Shown here one piece after another: positions 63,995-64,000 of a DNA stretch of 64,000 nucleotides (positions are counted from its first letter, which is position 1; every line of letters starts with the position of its first letter). The position numbers were made by a program, and so were the translations under genes. Below the pieces are notes generated by a model, which saw only the letters and a program-made list of their open reading frames with translations, was not told where the DNA came from and did not search any database. Source of the DNA: an uncultured Candidatus Saccharibacteria bacterium (GTDB lineage Bacteria > Patescibacteriota > Minisyncoccia > Phycocordibacterales > JACOZG01). The stretch covers positions 6,306-70,305 of the forward strand of contig CAYNPK010000003.1 in assembly GCA_964399075.1 (NCBI GenBank). The letters run 5' to 3'.

Positions 63995-64000
63995 TTCATT

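Overview
This window is a low-GC (about 42-45%) bacterial chromosome segment whose gene content resembles a reduced Candidate Phyla Radiation (Patescibacteria)-type genome; that assignment is inference from gene content only. It contains the chromosomal origin region, with rpmH-rnpA-yidC on the minus strand, then dnaA, a DnaA-box-rich dnaA-dnaN spacer, and dnaN. Core housekeeping genes include rny, hup, rpsO, a PBP1A, ruvC-yebC-ruvB, polA, tsaE, rsmA, uvrD/pcrA, comM, cca, xerD, a DNA-repair cluster (UDG4, xth, fpg, holA), a Mur ligase and a PilB/GspE ATPase. Seven tRNAs are present (Gly-UCC, Pro-UGG, Pro-GGG, Arg-UCG, Gly-GCC, Lys-UUU); most lack an encoded CCA, consistent with the cca gene. 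A 12-kb VirB4-centred T4SS-like or pilus-like cluster at 26916-38874 includes a 986-aa repeat-rich secreted protein, a VirB6-like membrane protein, PrgI/VirB3-like and VirB2-like small membrane proteins, and a 23S-IVS-type four-helix-bundle gene preceded by an (ATTAGGG)5 microsatellite. The most anomalous feature is a roughly 3.6-kb compositional island at 50284-53867 with 60-67% GC. It encodes, all on the plus strand, a P-loop NTPase, a 101-aa partner protein, a 253-aa protein of unknown function, two tiny Tyr/Trp-rich lipoproteins with a shared upstream hairpin-plus-RBS motif, and a Pro/Val/Arg-rich secreted protein. The island is driven from an AT-rich intergenic region carrying a near-consensus sigma70-type promoter and a cluster of TTGACA motifs, and it ends at a terminator just before tsaE. 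Two further high-GC patches repeat the pattern of foreign-looking sequence under native-looking signals: a roughly 58-63% GC gene for an unidentifiable 450-aa membrane protein at 1346-2698 with its own near-consensus promoter, and a roughly 250-bp GC-rich noncoding stretch at 57290-57545. No CRISPR array or recognisable IS element was seen.
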